Source of the DNA: the human T2T-CHM13v2.0 reference genome, Homo sapiens
Assembly (NCBI RefSeq): GCF_009914755.1
Contig: NC_060926.1
Reading direction: 5' to 3' (one strand)
Length of the DNA: 64,000 nt
The notes under the pieces are model-generated. The model worked only from the letters and a program-made list of their open reading frames with translations, ran no database searches and had not been told where the DNA came from. This document shows, in pieces, positions 41,953 to 56,770 of the stretch; position 1 is the first letter of the stretch, and every line of letters starts with the position of its first letter. A program made the position numbers and the translations under genes.

Positions 41953-43669
41953 TAAGTTAGCTTAAATAGATGATATAATTTTTACTGTTGAAAACAGGCA
42001 TTTTGCTTTGTAGAATATTGACTGTGTATGTGAAATTAGTAACAAGTGGTAAGTCGTGGTTCATGGAATGGCAAGAGACTTTTATTAGTGCTGAATCACT
42101 GAATCTAGTTTAAAAATTTGGTTAACTGCCTTTTCTTAAAGAATTATACCATAAGGATGAGTTAAAGTAATACTAATATGATAAGTTTCAATAAAACTCT
42201 CAGTTAACAACATATAGCTATTTTCTGTTCTAGTTTGCTTGAATAATTTGAAATGCTTCTGTCTATATGATGAAATTTTCTTGATGACTGGTTGCCTTTG
42301 GAAATAATTTTTTTGTTTGCTGTTTATGAATAGCTGACTTCTTAAATCCAGGTGTATACGTTTTATTGTTGCTCATTTTATCTTACAGTTGCAGAGCTGT
42401 TCTTAACCAAGGCAAGTTAATACCATATGAAATAAATACTCCTTTTTGAGTATGAATTTAAAATATTTTTTATCAAAATTATAAGTGGCATTATAAAATG
42501 TTTCAACTGGTAAAATGCTAACTTTAAATAGTTTTTATTTTTATACTTTATTGTAATTATAAAACAATCTATACTGTTACTGTTTGCGTTTTACTCAAGA
42601 AAATGCAAATACTTAGTGAAGATACTAGAGGCTACAAAATATCATGAAAAGAATTTGAAGAAGACCTAAAAAATGGAAATATATGTATGTTCACAAATGG
42701 GAAGACTTAGTATTGTTAATAAGGCAAATTGATTTAGAGATTCAATGCTATTGCTGTGAAAATCCTAGCTTCCTTTTTTTTTTGCAGAAATTGCTATGCT
42801 CATTCTAAAATTCATTTGTAAAATAAGAATAGTCTGAAACAATCTTAAAAAAGGTGAACAAAGTTGGAAGACACACTTCTTAATTTCAAAACTAACCGCA
42901 AAAGTATAATAATCGAGACTAAATGGTATTGACATCAGCATAGGCATTTATTTTACTGGAATAGAATTGAGCATTCCGAAATAAACCCATATATTTATGG
43001 TTAATTGATTTTTCAACAAGGGTGACAAGACAATTTAATGGGGGAAAGAATAGTTATTTAAACAAATGGTGCTGAGACAACTGAATAAACATTTACATGG
43101 AAAAGATGAATTTGGACCGCTTTCTCCTCCCATATACAAAAATTAATGATAGACTTCAATATGCATTATAGACCTAAATATGAGAGCTAACTATGAAACT
43201 CTTGGAAGAAAACATAGGTGTAAATCTTAGTGACCTTGGATTAGGCATTGGTTTCTTGTATTAGGCAGTAGATTTTTAGATATGACACCCAAAGCTCAAG
43301 CAATAGAAGAAAAATAATGTAAATTTGACTTTATCAAAATTAAAAACTTTTATGCATCAAAGGACAGCATCAGGAAAGTGAAAAGACAACCCACAGAATG
43401 GGAGAACATATTTACAAATCATATCAGTAAGAATCTATTCTTCCAAATTTATAAAGAACCATATAAAGAATGATTACAGCTTAATAGTAAAAAGAATACC
43501 TAAATTTAAAAATGGACAAAGGACTAGAATAGACATTTCTCCAAAGAAGATATACAAATGGCAAATAAGCACACGAAGAGATGCTCAGCATCATCAAGTG
43601 AATGCACATCAAAACCGCAATGAAATACGAGATCACACCTGCTAGACGAGTTCTAATAAAAGAATATTA

Positions 43670-43953
43670 GGCCAGGCGTGGTGCCTCACACCTGTAATTC
43701 CAGCACTTTGGGAGGCCAAGGCGGTGGATCACAAGGTCAGGAGATCGAGACCATCCTGGCCAACATGGTGAGACCCTTCTCTACTAAAAATACAAAAAAA
43801 AAAAAAAAAAAAAATTAACCAGGCCTGGTGGTTGGCACCTGTAATCTCAGCTACTCAGGAGACTGAGGCAGGAGAATAGCTTGAACCCAGGAGGCGGAGG
43901 CTGCAGTGAGCTGAGATGGCGCCATCTGAGACTTTGTCTCAAAAAAAAAAAAA
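43670..43953 (+). mobile_element. AluSc-like SINE with expanded central A-run and 3' internal deletion
   Basis: ggatcacaaggtcaggagatcgagaccatcctggccaacatgg; long middle A tract; lacks the gcactccagcctggg segment. Confidence 0.9.
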
Positions 43954-44512
43954 TTTAATAAACGTTGGTGAGAAATATGGGGAAATTGGAATCCTTATAC
44001 ATGAAGGTAGAAATGTCATTGTAAATTTAAGGGGGAATATAAAATGATGCCGCTAATTTGGAAAACAGTTTGGTAGTTTCTCAAAAAGTTAAATATAAAA
44101 TTTCCTTATGACCCAACAATTCTATTCTTAGATGTGTATTAAGGAGCTGCAAAAACATATGTCCACACCAAACTCTGTACATTTATATCCATAGCAGCAT
44201 TATTTATGATAGCCAAAAAGTTGAAAAATCTGATGTCTATTAATTGAAGAATGGACACACAAAATAAGGCATATTTATACAATGGGATAATATTCCACCA
44301 TAAATAGGAAAAAGTACTGATACACGTGAAACGTGGATATCCTTGAAGACATTGTGTGAAGTGAAAGAAAGCCAGACACAAAATATCACATATTGTTTGA
44401 TTGAATTTATATAAAATGTCCAGAATTCACCAATCTATGTAGAGAAAAACTAGTGGTTGTCAGGGTTTGGGAGAAGGGAGGAATGAAGAATGAACGCTAA
44501 TGGGTACACGTT

Positions 44513-44747
44513 CTCTTTTTCTTTTCTTTTTTTTTTGGAGACACGGAGACAGGGTCTCACTGTGTTACCCAGGTTAAGTGCAGTGGTGCAACCATAGCTT
44601 ACTGCAGCTCGAACTCCTAGACACACACGATCCTCTCCCTTTGGTCTCCACAGTAGCTGGGATTATAGGGGTATGCCACCATGCTTGGCTGATTATTATT
44701 ATTATTATTATTTTGTAGAGAAAGGTCTTGCTGTATTGCCCAGACTG
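44513..44747 (-). mobile_element. AluJ fragment
   Basis: gagacagggtctcactgtgttacccagg...atagcttactgcagc; (ATT)n linker. Confidence 0.85.
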
Positions 44748-45159
44748 AGAGTTTTCGTTTTGAGATGATGCAAATTCTGGAATTAGATAATGGTGATGGT
44801 TGCATATACTGTTTGTGCATATACTATAAAACATCCACTGAATTATACACTTTAAAATGGTAAATATTGCTTATGAATTATGCCTATAATGTAAGGCAAA
44901 CAAATCAAATAATTATTTGTGGTTTTATTTGTTTTTCCATTTGGAATGTAGAAATTACTCCTTGTCATAATATTAAATCATGTATTTTTTCACTAGAGTT
45001 GAACTTAAAGCCAATTCACATTGTAGAGTACAATTGTACTATGTTCATATAATCACAAAATGAATATTTCTTTACTTTGAAAATGACATTTAATTATGTT
45101 TATATCTAGCCACAATATAGCTGAAAAGACATTTCTTAATTGCCTTTCTTAGGTAAGGT

Positions 45160-45980
45160 AGTCTATTTACGATACCAAGATAAGTAAGACATGGTTTCTA
45201 CCCTTAGGACATCTAATGGTATATAGCGGGAAAGTGCGGCCCGTAAACAAACTGAGGAATATGACATGGAGTAGAGGTATATTGGAAGTTATAGGTAGCA
45301 GTGATGAAGGAGTGTTTAAAGTAAAACAGAATTAGACAAAGGTCAAGAAGATTCACATTTCAACAGGAACTTGAAGAACATGTAAAACTTTCCTATAAAG
45401 ATAAATTAGGAAATAGCATTCCAGGTTGAGGGGAAAGCATGAAGGTAGGAATGTCAGTGTAAATTTAAGGCTCAACAAATCATACAGTTGCCAGAGTGCA
45501 TAGAGGAGGGATGAGGCATGAGAAGGTGGTAGGGAAGGAGACAACAGGACTGATTATACAGAAGCAAGAAGACTTAGGAACCATCTGAATGTGAGATTCA
45601 GGACAAAGGCAAAGACAAGGCTAACCGTGAACGTTATCACATGTCTTCTTGTGCGAAACATAATTCAGGAGTTAGCTGATGCTTGGTGTTGATGATGTAA
45701 AATATGAAGAGCTTACAGGACATCCAGATGCAAGTCTTCAATAGACATTTAGGAATAAGATCTGGACTTCTGAGCTGTTGGTATTCAAATTAGAAATTTT
45801 AGAGTGAAACAGGAGGTGACAGTTATAGCTGTGGAAGTAGATGAAATGCCCTAAGGTTGCATAAAGCATTTTAAGTATGGGATCTGCATCTCAGGAATAC
45901 CACTGCTTAAGTGACAAATAATGAGACACATTTAATGGGAAAGAAAGAGAGGAATCGTATGAGGGTATTTACCTCTGAAG
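45160..45980 (-). mobile_element. L2 remnant
   Basis: taagtaagacatggtttctaccctta..., ggacatccagatg...ttgaagt-type L2 text. Confidence 0.5.
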
Positions 45981-47504
45981 TCAAGAAAGTCAGCAAAATG
46001 AAAAAGAAAACACACTTGGAAAAGAAATGTTACTCCTACTTTTAGCTTTTGGTTTGGATTTTTAGCCAAAGCATACACAAGCAAAGAGAGGCAGTTGTAA
46101 GATCAAATCTTGCATCTGTTTACTGCTTCCAGCCATGAGGTCTCTGGGTTATGACGTCAACAAGAGAAAGGAAGGGTAAGAAATGACTCAAGCAGATGAT
46201 AAAGGCTGAACCGGGACATTCCTTGGTGGACTAGGATTGTAGCTCCTGGGTAGCTCTAAAAGTGTAGCAGTTGTGCAGCCTGGTCTCAGGAGCCACTGGA
46301 GCTCTGCTGGTGATGAGAAGAGACTGTGGAAACTGGTCAGATCAGCAGCTAAACAATGACCCCATGTCCACTTTGTGGTCTGCTCTGAAGGCTTTCTGTG
46401 GTGGGAGGTTAGCTTTGTTTTCTCTTCATCCTGATTTCTGATATTTAAGCCAGCAGAATTTTCCTTCCAGCTGCATTCTTTATTTTACTACACGAATCAA
46501 TTATTGGCGTGGGTAACATTTTACAAATGAAGCTTGCTAAGCTAAACTGTAACTCTTGTGGGTTTAGTGGTTTGTGCAAAATATGTTTTCAGTAAAACAA
46601 AAAAAAGCAGCATTTCTTGTTAACAGGATGCCTCACTTCTCCAGCAAAACAAAGATATTTTACTGTTACTGTCCATACAACTAGCAGAAATAGTTTATCG
46701 ATAAAAAGGAAACATATCTCTTTACTGAGAAACCATTTCTAGTTTTCACACTGCACAATCTGAATAGTGAAGAGTGGAGAAGGGGAAGGCAGGTGCCTCA
46801 CTGGTTGATTTTTTTTTTCCTTAACTCCTTTTAAGTTGTGAAGGAAGAGTTTCCAAGTTTCCATTGTTTCCAGGCAGGAAAGGAGATCATAAAATGTTGT
46901 TGCATAGATCAGAGAGGTTAAAGAATAGAGAGGCCGCTAGAGGCCACTGTATTTGTTGAGTAAGAAGTGGATCTCACTTGATCTTTGCCAGAGTAGCTTC
47001 AGTCAAGTGGTCACCTCAGAAACCTGATAGTATTGAAGAGTCAGTGTGAAACAGAAATTAGATGTTGTATGTTTCCAAAGATATTTAGCAGACTTGGATG
47101 CTGAAAGGGAAGTGAGAGGGAAGCATAAAGAGAAGGTTCAGTTTAGTGTGCTTTGTTTTAAGTGGAGCAGTTTGAGCACAGAACACTCAGGATAGTGAGT
47201 TCATTGGTGAATTAGTTTCCTAGAGTAGGTAGACAGAAATGGGTCTTAGAATTTTAACACTTTTTAAAACTTTGTGCTTCATCTGAATAATTTATATTCT
47301 TTCTTACTTTATTGCAAAGCCCAAATTAGATAAAATTTGATGGAGGGGAGAAAAGAAGATGTCAGTTATGCTTTGCTTTATATAATAGATGGACTGCTAA
47401 AATCTCACTTTGTAATTATAACCACTAGGGAAGTTATGATTTAAAGAAATTCTTTTGTAAGGGAAATGCCACCACTAGTTTTTATTTATTAGTAAATAGA
47501 TACG

Positions 47505-47506
<2 letters not shown>

Positions 47507-47546
<40 letters not shown>
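47507..47546. repeat. (TA)~20 microsatellite
   Basis: Direct observation. Confidence 0.95.
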
Positions 47547-47547
<1 letters not shown>

Positions 47548-47992
47548 CTTGAGGGTAAGAATAAATGACTTACATAGGTTTCTTAGTTTATTCTTTCATT
47601 TCTCTCATGTGCAGCAAATCAATTTATAAGCATTAAAATGCCAGACAGTTTAAGTTTTAAATTCTTACTTTGAATAACAGTGTTGAAAACATAGAGACTT
47701 TGTTCTCAGACATGAACAATAGACTTTGTTGCCAAACTTCAGAAATAATCAAATGCTATGGTTTTGCATTTATATACCTACTAATTAGGAAATTAAATGA
47801 TATTTCCATAGCAACGGAAACAGTCTCCTTGCACACTTGTTTTATGCCTGCAATAATACACAGCAGGGTGTCCAAGGACTTTAGCTTAAGGTCCAAAAGA
47901 GGCAAGGTGTGTAAGCATTGACACAAAAGATACACACAGAGGTGTTATTGGATTTACAAAGATGACATGAGTGGCTAAAATTATGTTAGTAA

Positions 47993-48289
<297 letters not shown>

Positions 48290-51200
48290 ATTAGTAAATA
48301 TTTTTAAAAATAAATCCTCCATATGAATAATGTTAATTGAGAAGGCCTAAAGAGTTTTCCTGAACTCTGTTACAGACGCTGGTTTGGTAAATGACTTCTC
48401 CAGTCTCAAGAATTCTACCATTATATTATGGTATGCTTGAAGATGCTGAACTGACCAATTTCTGTTCCACTTTTTTTAAAAACAGTCAGGATTAATGGAT
48501 AAAGTAATGTGGCTCTCTCAGCCCACTGGGTCTCAGAAAATAAAATTATAGGGATGGGCTCTGTCCCTAGAAAGTAATTCTGTACTAGTCATTAGGGGAG
48601 TGACTTCATGGGATGCTTAAATAAGCTTTGTGACGACTCTGACCCCTGTGAATTTAGGAGGTAAAAGAGAGTATTCACTTGTCTTATTTCCTTCTAGCCT
48701 ATGTTCCAAGTTTATATTATAATTGTGCTATTTTGCTATAGTACTACTGTGATTGAATTACAATTTAAAGATGAGTATAGGTGGATTCATTGAATGTGCT
48801 TTAATACTTTAAAAATTTTCTTCCTGAATGCATTCTTCTGATTAACTAATTGATTTTTCTTTCACCATCATTGGCTATTATTGACAAATGAACTTTCTAA
48901 TCTCTTTGTTTTTCTCGCTGATGTATTTTTGAATGACATATTTTGGAACATCCAAAAACCGCCAAGCTGCTGCTTAATTCTGTACTGTCCTCTCATCACA
49001 GAATTTAATCTGCTCTCTCAGTCTCTGTCTCTGTCTTTCTGTCTGTGTTCCTGAGTTGTCATTTCTCCAATGCTAAAACCCCTAATCTGGATGCACCTGC
49101 ACCTGATTAATTTTTGAAGTTCTAATCTTCTTGCTGAAAAAGCATTCAGTGTGTTTCTCTGGCTACCTAATTAACTGTAAGTGCCTTAGCCTACCGTAAC
49201 TCACGGGTCCTGTGTTCCAGACTCAAGCTCATAGCTCCCATTCCAAAAAGACATTATCATGCTCCTCTAAGGGAACCCTCTTCCCTGACAAGTCTGAAAT
49301 ATTCCTCTCCCATACCCCTGGCTCTTCTTCAGGGCACCTTGGACTCATTTTTTGTTGTCTACCTAGGAGACCTTCTACATGTCATTGAAGTTCATCTAAT
49401 ATGCAGTCTCGCTCCTTGATGAATCTGTATCTGATCCCTTAAAATGCTTCCATCTCATTCTCCTCCTAACTGCTATATCCTTTTATCTGTTCCCCATTTT
49501 TGTTACACCTTTTCTTAGAGTTATTGTTGTATTTGTTGTCCAGGCTCCATACCCGCTACATAACCTGTACTCTTGACTGAGAATGTCTTTAAAGCAGGGA
49601 TAAGCTTTATTCATCTAAGTATACCTTACAATGTGTATCACAGAATTTAGCATATGGTCAGTAAATACAGGTATTCAGTAAACTTATTCAGTTTCAATAT
49701 ATTAACTGTTTTAAAACATGAAGTGAATGGTAGTTTATAGAAGTTTTGGTATGTTTGGAAATATCAATTTTACAGTATCTAAAAGTATATTAAGACATTC
49801 TTGAGACTTAGAAAAAAACACACTGAGTTCCCATGGGTTGTATTTTATCAACTAACTAGAGTATATTAAATAATATACAATTTTGTAATTGTGTTATAGA
49901 TGATGAGAGACACAAGTGGCCCCTAAACTGATTGAGATCTTAATAATGGCACATGTTCCTAATGGATTCAGAGATCTAGAGGAGCACCTATTGTGGGATA
50001 CTAGTCCTAAGGAATGCTTTATCGATCAGGTTCTGTTTATAGGTAAACTTGGGAAACGACTTGCTTTTTCTTCTAAAATAGTGTCTGAGAGTTTCTGCCA
50101 TTAAACAGGCAAACAAATAGCCCAAAGAGGAAACAACAAAACACAATTAAACTACACTTAAATATCATATATCCATATATCCTACATTAATTTGGCACAA
50201 AACCTCTCTACCAATCTGCCCTCTCCTGCTCGGCCTTGCTGGAATAACAACTGGCATCCTGCAGAATCCACCAGAGGAAATACTGATCTGAGCCTTTATA
50301 AAGCTTTTTATTAACTATGTTTGCTGCACAAATAATATTATAACTAAGGACATTTTTCTTAAAAGAGAAGTGTTATCCTTCTTGTCAAAATTGTGATGTA
50401 TGTTGTTTGCATTTCTGTGTTTCTTTTCAGGCTTGTTTATATTCATTTTCAACATGGTTGTAGTCATAGAATACATATGATTTTATGTCATTTTAAAAAG
50501 TCATAGTTCCCAATTGTTATCTATATTTAATAATTATTATTTTATGGCTACATTTTATTACATGTTTAAACATTTTTATTATTTTTGGCTTTTATTTGTA
50601 AACAGTTTAGAAATGAACACCGTTGGGCGCATTACTTTCTATTAAAAACTGAGCTTAAGGATCCTAAGAGTATAGATACCGAGTTGAAGGCTCTAGTGAT
50701 TATGGCCATATTGTTTGTTATAACGCTAGGATAAGTTTATATAGCTTCCTGCAGTACTTAATTATATCCAGTTCCTTGTCTTTCAGGCTCATAATAGGTA
50801 TTCTTTTTCAATTTAATTATCTTAAAATGAAAACTTGTGAACAGTTTTTTTTTCCCTGTAAGCCTCATAGAGTTGAGGTAAATGAACGTTAGTTTATTAT
50901 AAAAAAGATTTATAGATAATTTTTGCTACTCTTAACCCATGATCACCTAGATACAGATATATTTATTCTAGTACTGATAGTATATTTTCTCCTGAGTTCC
51001 TCTTTTTCATTTTTGATATTGTGCTTGTTGTCCCCAGTTTCTGAAATACAACATTTTTCTTGACTTTGTGATAACTTCAGCTGTGTTTTATATAGCTTTC
51101 CACTTGTGTGATTATTGGCTTCCCTTTCAAATATGTCAAGTTCTGGATAAATATTTTTTCATTTCTGATTTTTGCTGTTAATATTTTTATAGCCAGTTAG

Positions 51201-51524
51201 TTGGTAAGAAGGGTGAAAAAAAAAAACTCCTGCAAAACAAATAGAAAAAAATACACATAACTATTTAATCTGATATTGAGTAGGGAAGGCCTTTCCAAGC
51301 ATAAAAAGGAAGAAATTTAAAAGTAAACAACTGACAGATTAAGTATGACATAATTTTTAAGAAATTACTTTAAAAGGCGGTGAAATAAAGAGATAAACTA
51401 TTCATGCAAAAAAATTTAACATATGATAGACAAAATCTTAATCTGTTTAATAGCTAATGAGCTCTTATCAGTCAATAAAAAACCCTAAATCTTTCAGAAA
51501 AATGAATAAACTATTTTTCAATGA

Positions 51525-51866
<342 letters not shown>

Positions 51867-52887
51867 TAGAATGTAAAACTTGACATTTAAAAAAATTATG
51901 CCCTTCAAAATCATTTATTCTTATATTTGTCCTTACTATCCCATTGGATATGTAATTACATAATCATATATATAATTTAAATAAATAATAATGTATTTTT
52001 AGGTATGAATGCTATCAGAATTTTAGCTTCCAGGGACGGGTCAAATATGAAGGGGGAGGAAAATCAAGGTGCTTAGAAGGTATTCCCAGAAAGAATTAAA
52101 GATAACAGCAGGGAGATAGTTAAGATTTTTGTATCTTCAAGGCTCTTGTATAGCTGCACATTGTCAGCTCTGTTGAAGAGTTGAAAAAAATGCCAGCCCA
52201 ATTACCATGATTAGATCTGCCTTGCCATAAAATATCACTAATGTTTGTGGAATGTTTGAATGGACACGTACGTGAACAGCTCTCAAGCTCTTTTCTGATT
52301 TTGACATTTATAAGTTAACTGGATGGTACCCAAATTCTTGAAGGGATGCAACGTAGACAGATAATTTTCAGAGGGGTCACAGCAGGGAAGAAGATTCGGT
52401 CAAGGTAATGAGGCACTGATTGGGGTCTGCTGACAGGGAAGAGAAGTTACCAAAAAGTCAGAGATATACAAAGAAAGCCATACCTAGATTCACATTGCCA
52501 GCCTCACTTTCCCAAGTGGCTAGGTTTTCTTAATTTGTCAAGAGCTGAGTTGTGTAATGAGGTGAAAGCATGATCGCTATTTGGTTGATTCTGATCATAT
52601 ATCTGTTTCTATTAAGGTGCAAGCTGTATGGTTTGTCACCATCCAGATTGGTAGGAAAAGTATAGGCACATTCAGGTTAATTCTCCAGTTGGCCATCCTA
52701 GCTAATAGTGTACAGCTTCATAATGAAATGGCAAGTAAGATCCAGAGATTCAGATACTCCAGATACCAGTAGTACAATCTTAAAATTGCGAAACTGTGGC
52801 TTAAATATTTTTTGACTAATAATATCATAACAAGGTTTTCTAAAGTTTCCTAAGTTAGCATATATACACCTAAATATCTCTAAAGAA

Positions 52888-52890
<3 letters not shown>

Positions 52891-52933
<43 letters not shown>
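52891..52933. repeat. (TG)~21 microsatellite
   Basis: Direct observation. Confidence 0.97.
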
Positions 52934-52936
<3 letters not shown>

Positions 52937-53015
52937 TGTTGAGGGTGGGGTACATGCATGCATTTGCTTTGAGCTCATCCCCTACTCTACTGTCGTCACT
53001 TTCACCATGGATTTT

Positions 53016-53300
53016 TTTTTTCTTTTCTTTTCTTTTCTTTTCTTTTCTTTTCTTTGGAGAAGGAGTTTTGCTCTGTCACCAAGGCTGGAGTGCAGTGGTG
53101 CGATCTTGGCTCACTCACTGCAACCTCTACCCCCGGGTTCAAGGAGTTCTGCTGCCTCAGCCTCCCGAGTAGCTGGTGTTACAGGTGCATGCTGCCATGC
53201 CCAGCTAACTTTTTGTATTTTAGTAGAGACGGGGTTTCAGCGTGTTGCCCAGGCTGGGCTCGAACTCCTGAGCTCGGGCAATCCGCCCACCTCCGCCTCC
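53016..53300 (-). mobile_element. 5'-truncated Alu with (TTTTC)n tail
   Basis: TSD CCATGGATTTT at 53005-53015 and 53301-53311. Confidence 0.93.
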
Positions 53301-54789
53301 CCATGGATTTTACTGTACTTACATCTGTGTCTCTTGGTTTTCCTGTTTGCCTTTTGTTCTTCACTCAGGGTTCTCATGTTGTTTACCTCACTTGCCACTG
53401 TTTGCAAAATTGCCTGTTCTCTCCTCAGTGTCTCTGCCCTTTTTATTTGCACGTGGAGGGCTTAAACCACCCCCCATTGAAGGACGTTCTGTTGGTGAGT
53501 TGAAAAAATGACTGCTTAACTGACTGATTTGACCTGCCTGATCCACCAGTCTGCCTTGTTATGTAATGACCACCATTTCTAGAAATTAACAAGCCCTTGA
53601 ATCAAATGCTCATCAGCCTGTAAGCAAATGTTTCCCCCTAGATTTCTGCTACTCTGGGATTTTAACATTTCTTGTCTCAGAATGCTCTGCTCATGCTCAG
53701 TTCCTGCACTCCTATCCTTTCATGCCCTTTCCCGTGCTCTTGCATCACATTTAGTTCTTTTATCCCTTTGTTCTTATGCTGCTAGGGTCTATGCTTGGGG
53801 TGTTCATTTTTCTGCATTTTCCAGTTATGGTGAGAGGTGTCATGTGTATGACCTTAGGAAAACCCAACTTTAGGAGAAGACTGGCTTCCTTGCAGAACGG
53901 TTAAGGTATTTTCCCCTTAGGAACCAAATCCGTCTTGGTAATCAGTTTTCATTCTTGCTCAAATTCAGGGGTTCACCCAGTAGCAAAGGCTGCTTGCTGC
54001 CCGCACTATGTAAAAGTAGAATGCAGAAACCATCAGAACCACTTTTACCTTTAGACCATAAATACTTACCATGTCAGTTATATTTGCATCCTAGAACATA
54101 ATTTTGTTTAGCACACGTTTCTTGAATTACTATGCCTTTTTTTTTTTTCAAGAGAAAGTTATGCATACAACTTTCCTGGATACCAGTAGCCCCTCAGGAT
54201 CTGTGGTTTTGGACATTTGGGTTTTATAATTTTATACCCCAAGTTGAAAATCTAACATCATTTTACATATGCATGGCTTACTTCAGTTTCCTTCATTTAG
54301 CGAATATGAAAATTATTGATTCTACTTTTGGAAGGAAAAATGGTGACCCTGTTCATTCCAAGAGAGGGAAGATCTATTTAAACTCCATTCACTCAATGTA
54401 GAGGAGTAAGACCAGGATCACAAAAACATGTTTTAAAACACTAAGATAGTTTGTAAAAAACAAAGATAAAACACAAACTCAAACTTGTTGTTTCAAACTC
54501 TATAACCTATTAATAAATACTGTGAACATATCAGCTTCTGGAAGGATTATGCTGCAGCATTAGTAATAAAGATGATTATTCGAAAAAAAAAACCTTATCA
54601 GGGTATACTTTTAACCACAATATATCAGAAACAAGTGTCTTTGAAAAACCTTATACCGCCTGTAATTTTATAGACTAAAGCTGTTATGATTTTTTCCTCT
54701 AATCCTTTATTTATTTATTGTTGTTGTTGAGAACTTGAACATGCCAGCCTTGTTTATTGCAAACGTGGTATTTAGTTATCTTTGGAATT

Positions 54790-55330
54790 GTTGAGGAATT
54801 ACTGGATTGTAATAGTGATACAAAATACTGTGGAAGCATGGAGGACAGAGAGACATGTTGGATGGGGTGAATGGGGAAAATCCAGAGATATGGCCTTGCT
54901 ATCGAGCAGATTTTGAGAGTGGAAATAGCAGGTAGGGCTGGAAATAGTAACATTCTATGGGAATGGAGAGCATGACCCAAAGTAGGGGAGCTCAGAGAAT
55001 ATTGCTGAGAGGTGAGTAGGCATGTGTGGTTCATATTTAAATTACATGGGGTCAGAGTTTGGTCAGAAGAAGGCTGGGAACAGATTTTATATGGTCTTAA
55101 ATGCTATTCTGAGAGATTTGAGCTTTATTTCTATTCCAGGGGCAAGCTGTCTAATTAGTGTGCTCTAATGTCTGAAGCATGACATGATGACTGTGCAAAC
55201 AGAAGATCATAACTGGGAAAGGTGGTGGCAGATAAATCAATTAGGAGGCTCTTGCAGCAAGTCAGGTGAGGCCTTATGAAGACCTGAACGAGGGCAGCAT
55301 ACTTGAGAATGGAATAACCTAGAGAAGTGA
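54790..55330 (-). mobile_element. L2 remnant
   Basis: aattaggaggctcttgcagcaagtcaggtgag...gacctgaac typical of L2. Confidence 0.55.
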
Positions 55331-56549
55331 TCTGCTTACATCAAAATCAAGATCAATAAGGATAAATCCAAGCTTTTCTTTGGTATGAAAATATCCAAAT
55401 AATTGCACAGATAATGGTTAAGAAAAGACTAGCTAGGCAGGCACAAGTACAGCAGACAGAGACCTGGGAGTCCAAGAAGACCATATGGTGAATGTGAGTC
55501 AGCGGTGTTGTGCTGTTATTAAAAAACAGAACCAACACTATGGGGAAATATATTAATAGGAGTGAGGCATGCAAATGGCAGGAAGTAGCCTTTCTGATCT
55601 ATTCATAATTGTTGAAACTTTTGCTTTCCTCGTGTCTTCTATTGGCCTTCACACATCAAGAGCGTGTTTAGAAAGTGTGAAAGGCCTCGAGAAGGCCATT
55701 GGAAATGCTGGAGGTGATAGAAGGTGATATCTGTGGTCCTGGGTCCTCTGGATATAAAGTCATGAAGGCTAAATCACTGTAAACCTTTTTGACTGTATGA
55801 GGCCCTTGGAAGCAGTAATGTGAATTCTAGCAGCTCAAAGAATTCAGATACAATGTTACTTTCAGATACAATGTTACTTGTAAATCACTCTGATTTTATC
55901 TTTATATTGTAATAAATTGTGGGTGGCTTTATTATTAGGATAGACAGGAACAGGGAGGTTTGGAAATGCTACTTTTACCCCCAGCTGGGAGTGTGTTTGC
56001 CCTCAGTTGTTGAATCCTGTGATCTCATTTTTCCCTTCTGGTCACCTCAAGCCTGTCAGTGTTTGAAAGACTCTTGTGGACCAGAACTATCTGTCCTTCC
56101 ACTTCCACATCAATAAATGAGGCTGACCACAACTGCATGGAAATTAGGGGGGCTGTGCATTTCTAGCTCCTGCACTTCTTTACCTGGTTAATGACAGTAT
56201 CTTTAGAGCTCCTCCTGCTTAGTGTCTCTTTTTGGAAGGTCTTTCTGTGACTGCCCCACCCAGGTCTTGTTTCTTGTCACGTGCATTAAGAAAACCTGGC
56301 TTTTAAATAGTATTTATTTTAATTAGCAGTTACACACTAATTTGTATATAATTCCTAAATTCCTTTCTGTCCCACCAGACTGCAACCTTCATGAGAACAG
56401 GAACTCTGTTGCTTTTGTTTGCTGATGTTTCCCCAGAACCTTATATATTTTTTTGTATGAAAGAATAATTAAACTTATATCACAAAAGGGAATGAGTAAG
56501 AGAAAAAGGATCCAAAGGGGGCAGTTTTCGGTCATTCAAAGCAGTACCA

Positions 56550-56770
56550 CTTAGTGGTTAGGGGTATGGGCTGTGTTTAGGTACAACACCTGGCTCTGCC
56601 ACTTACTAGCTTGGGCAAGTGACTGACCCTCACCGTACCTTAGCTTTCTCATCTGTAAAATGCATATAACAATATTACTTACCTCATAGGGTTACAGTAA
56701 GAATCAATGATTGGATATTTGCAGAGCACCTTAAACAGTGTCTGGCACCGAGTAAGTGCAACATATGCCC
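56550..56770 (+). mobile_element. MIR SINE
   Basis: cctggctctgccacttactagc...ttttctcatctgtaaaatg...aacagtgtctggcac. Confidence 0.8.

Larger units (their letters stand above)
42570..44890 (+). mobile_element. L1MB-like ORF2/3'UTR interrupted by two Alus
   Basis: aattgatttttcaacaaggg, aaaagacaacccacagaatgggag, 3' end actgaattatacactttaaaatgg. Confidence 0.85.
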
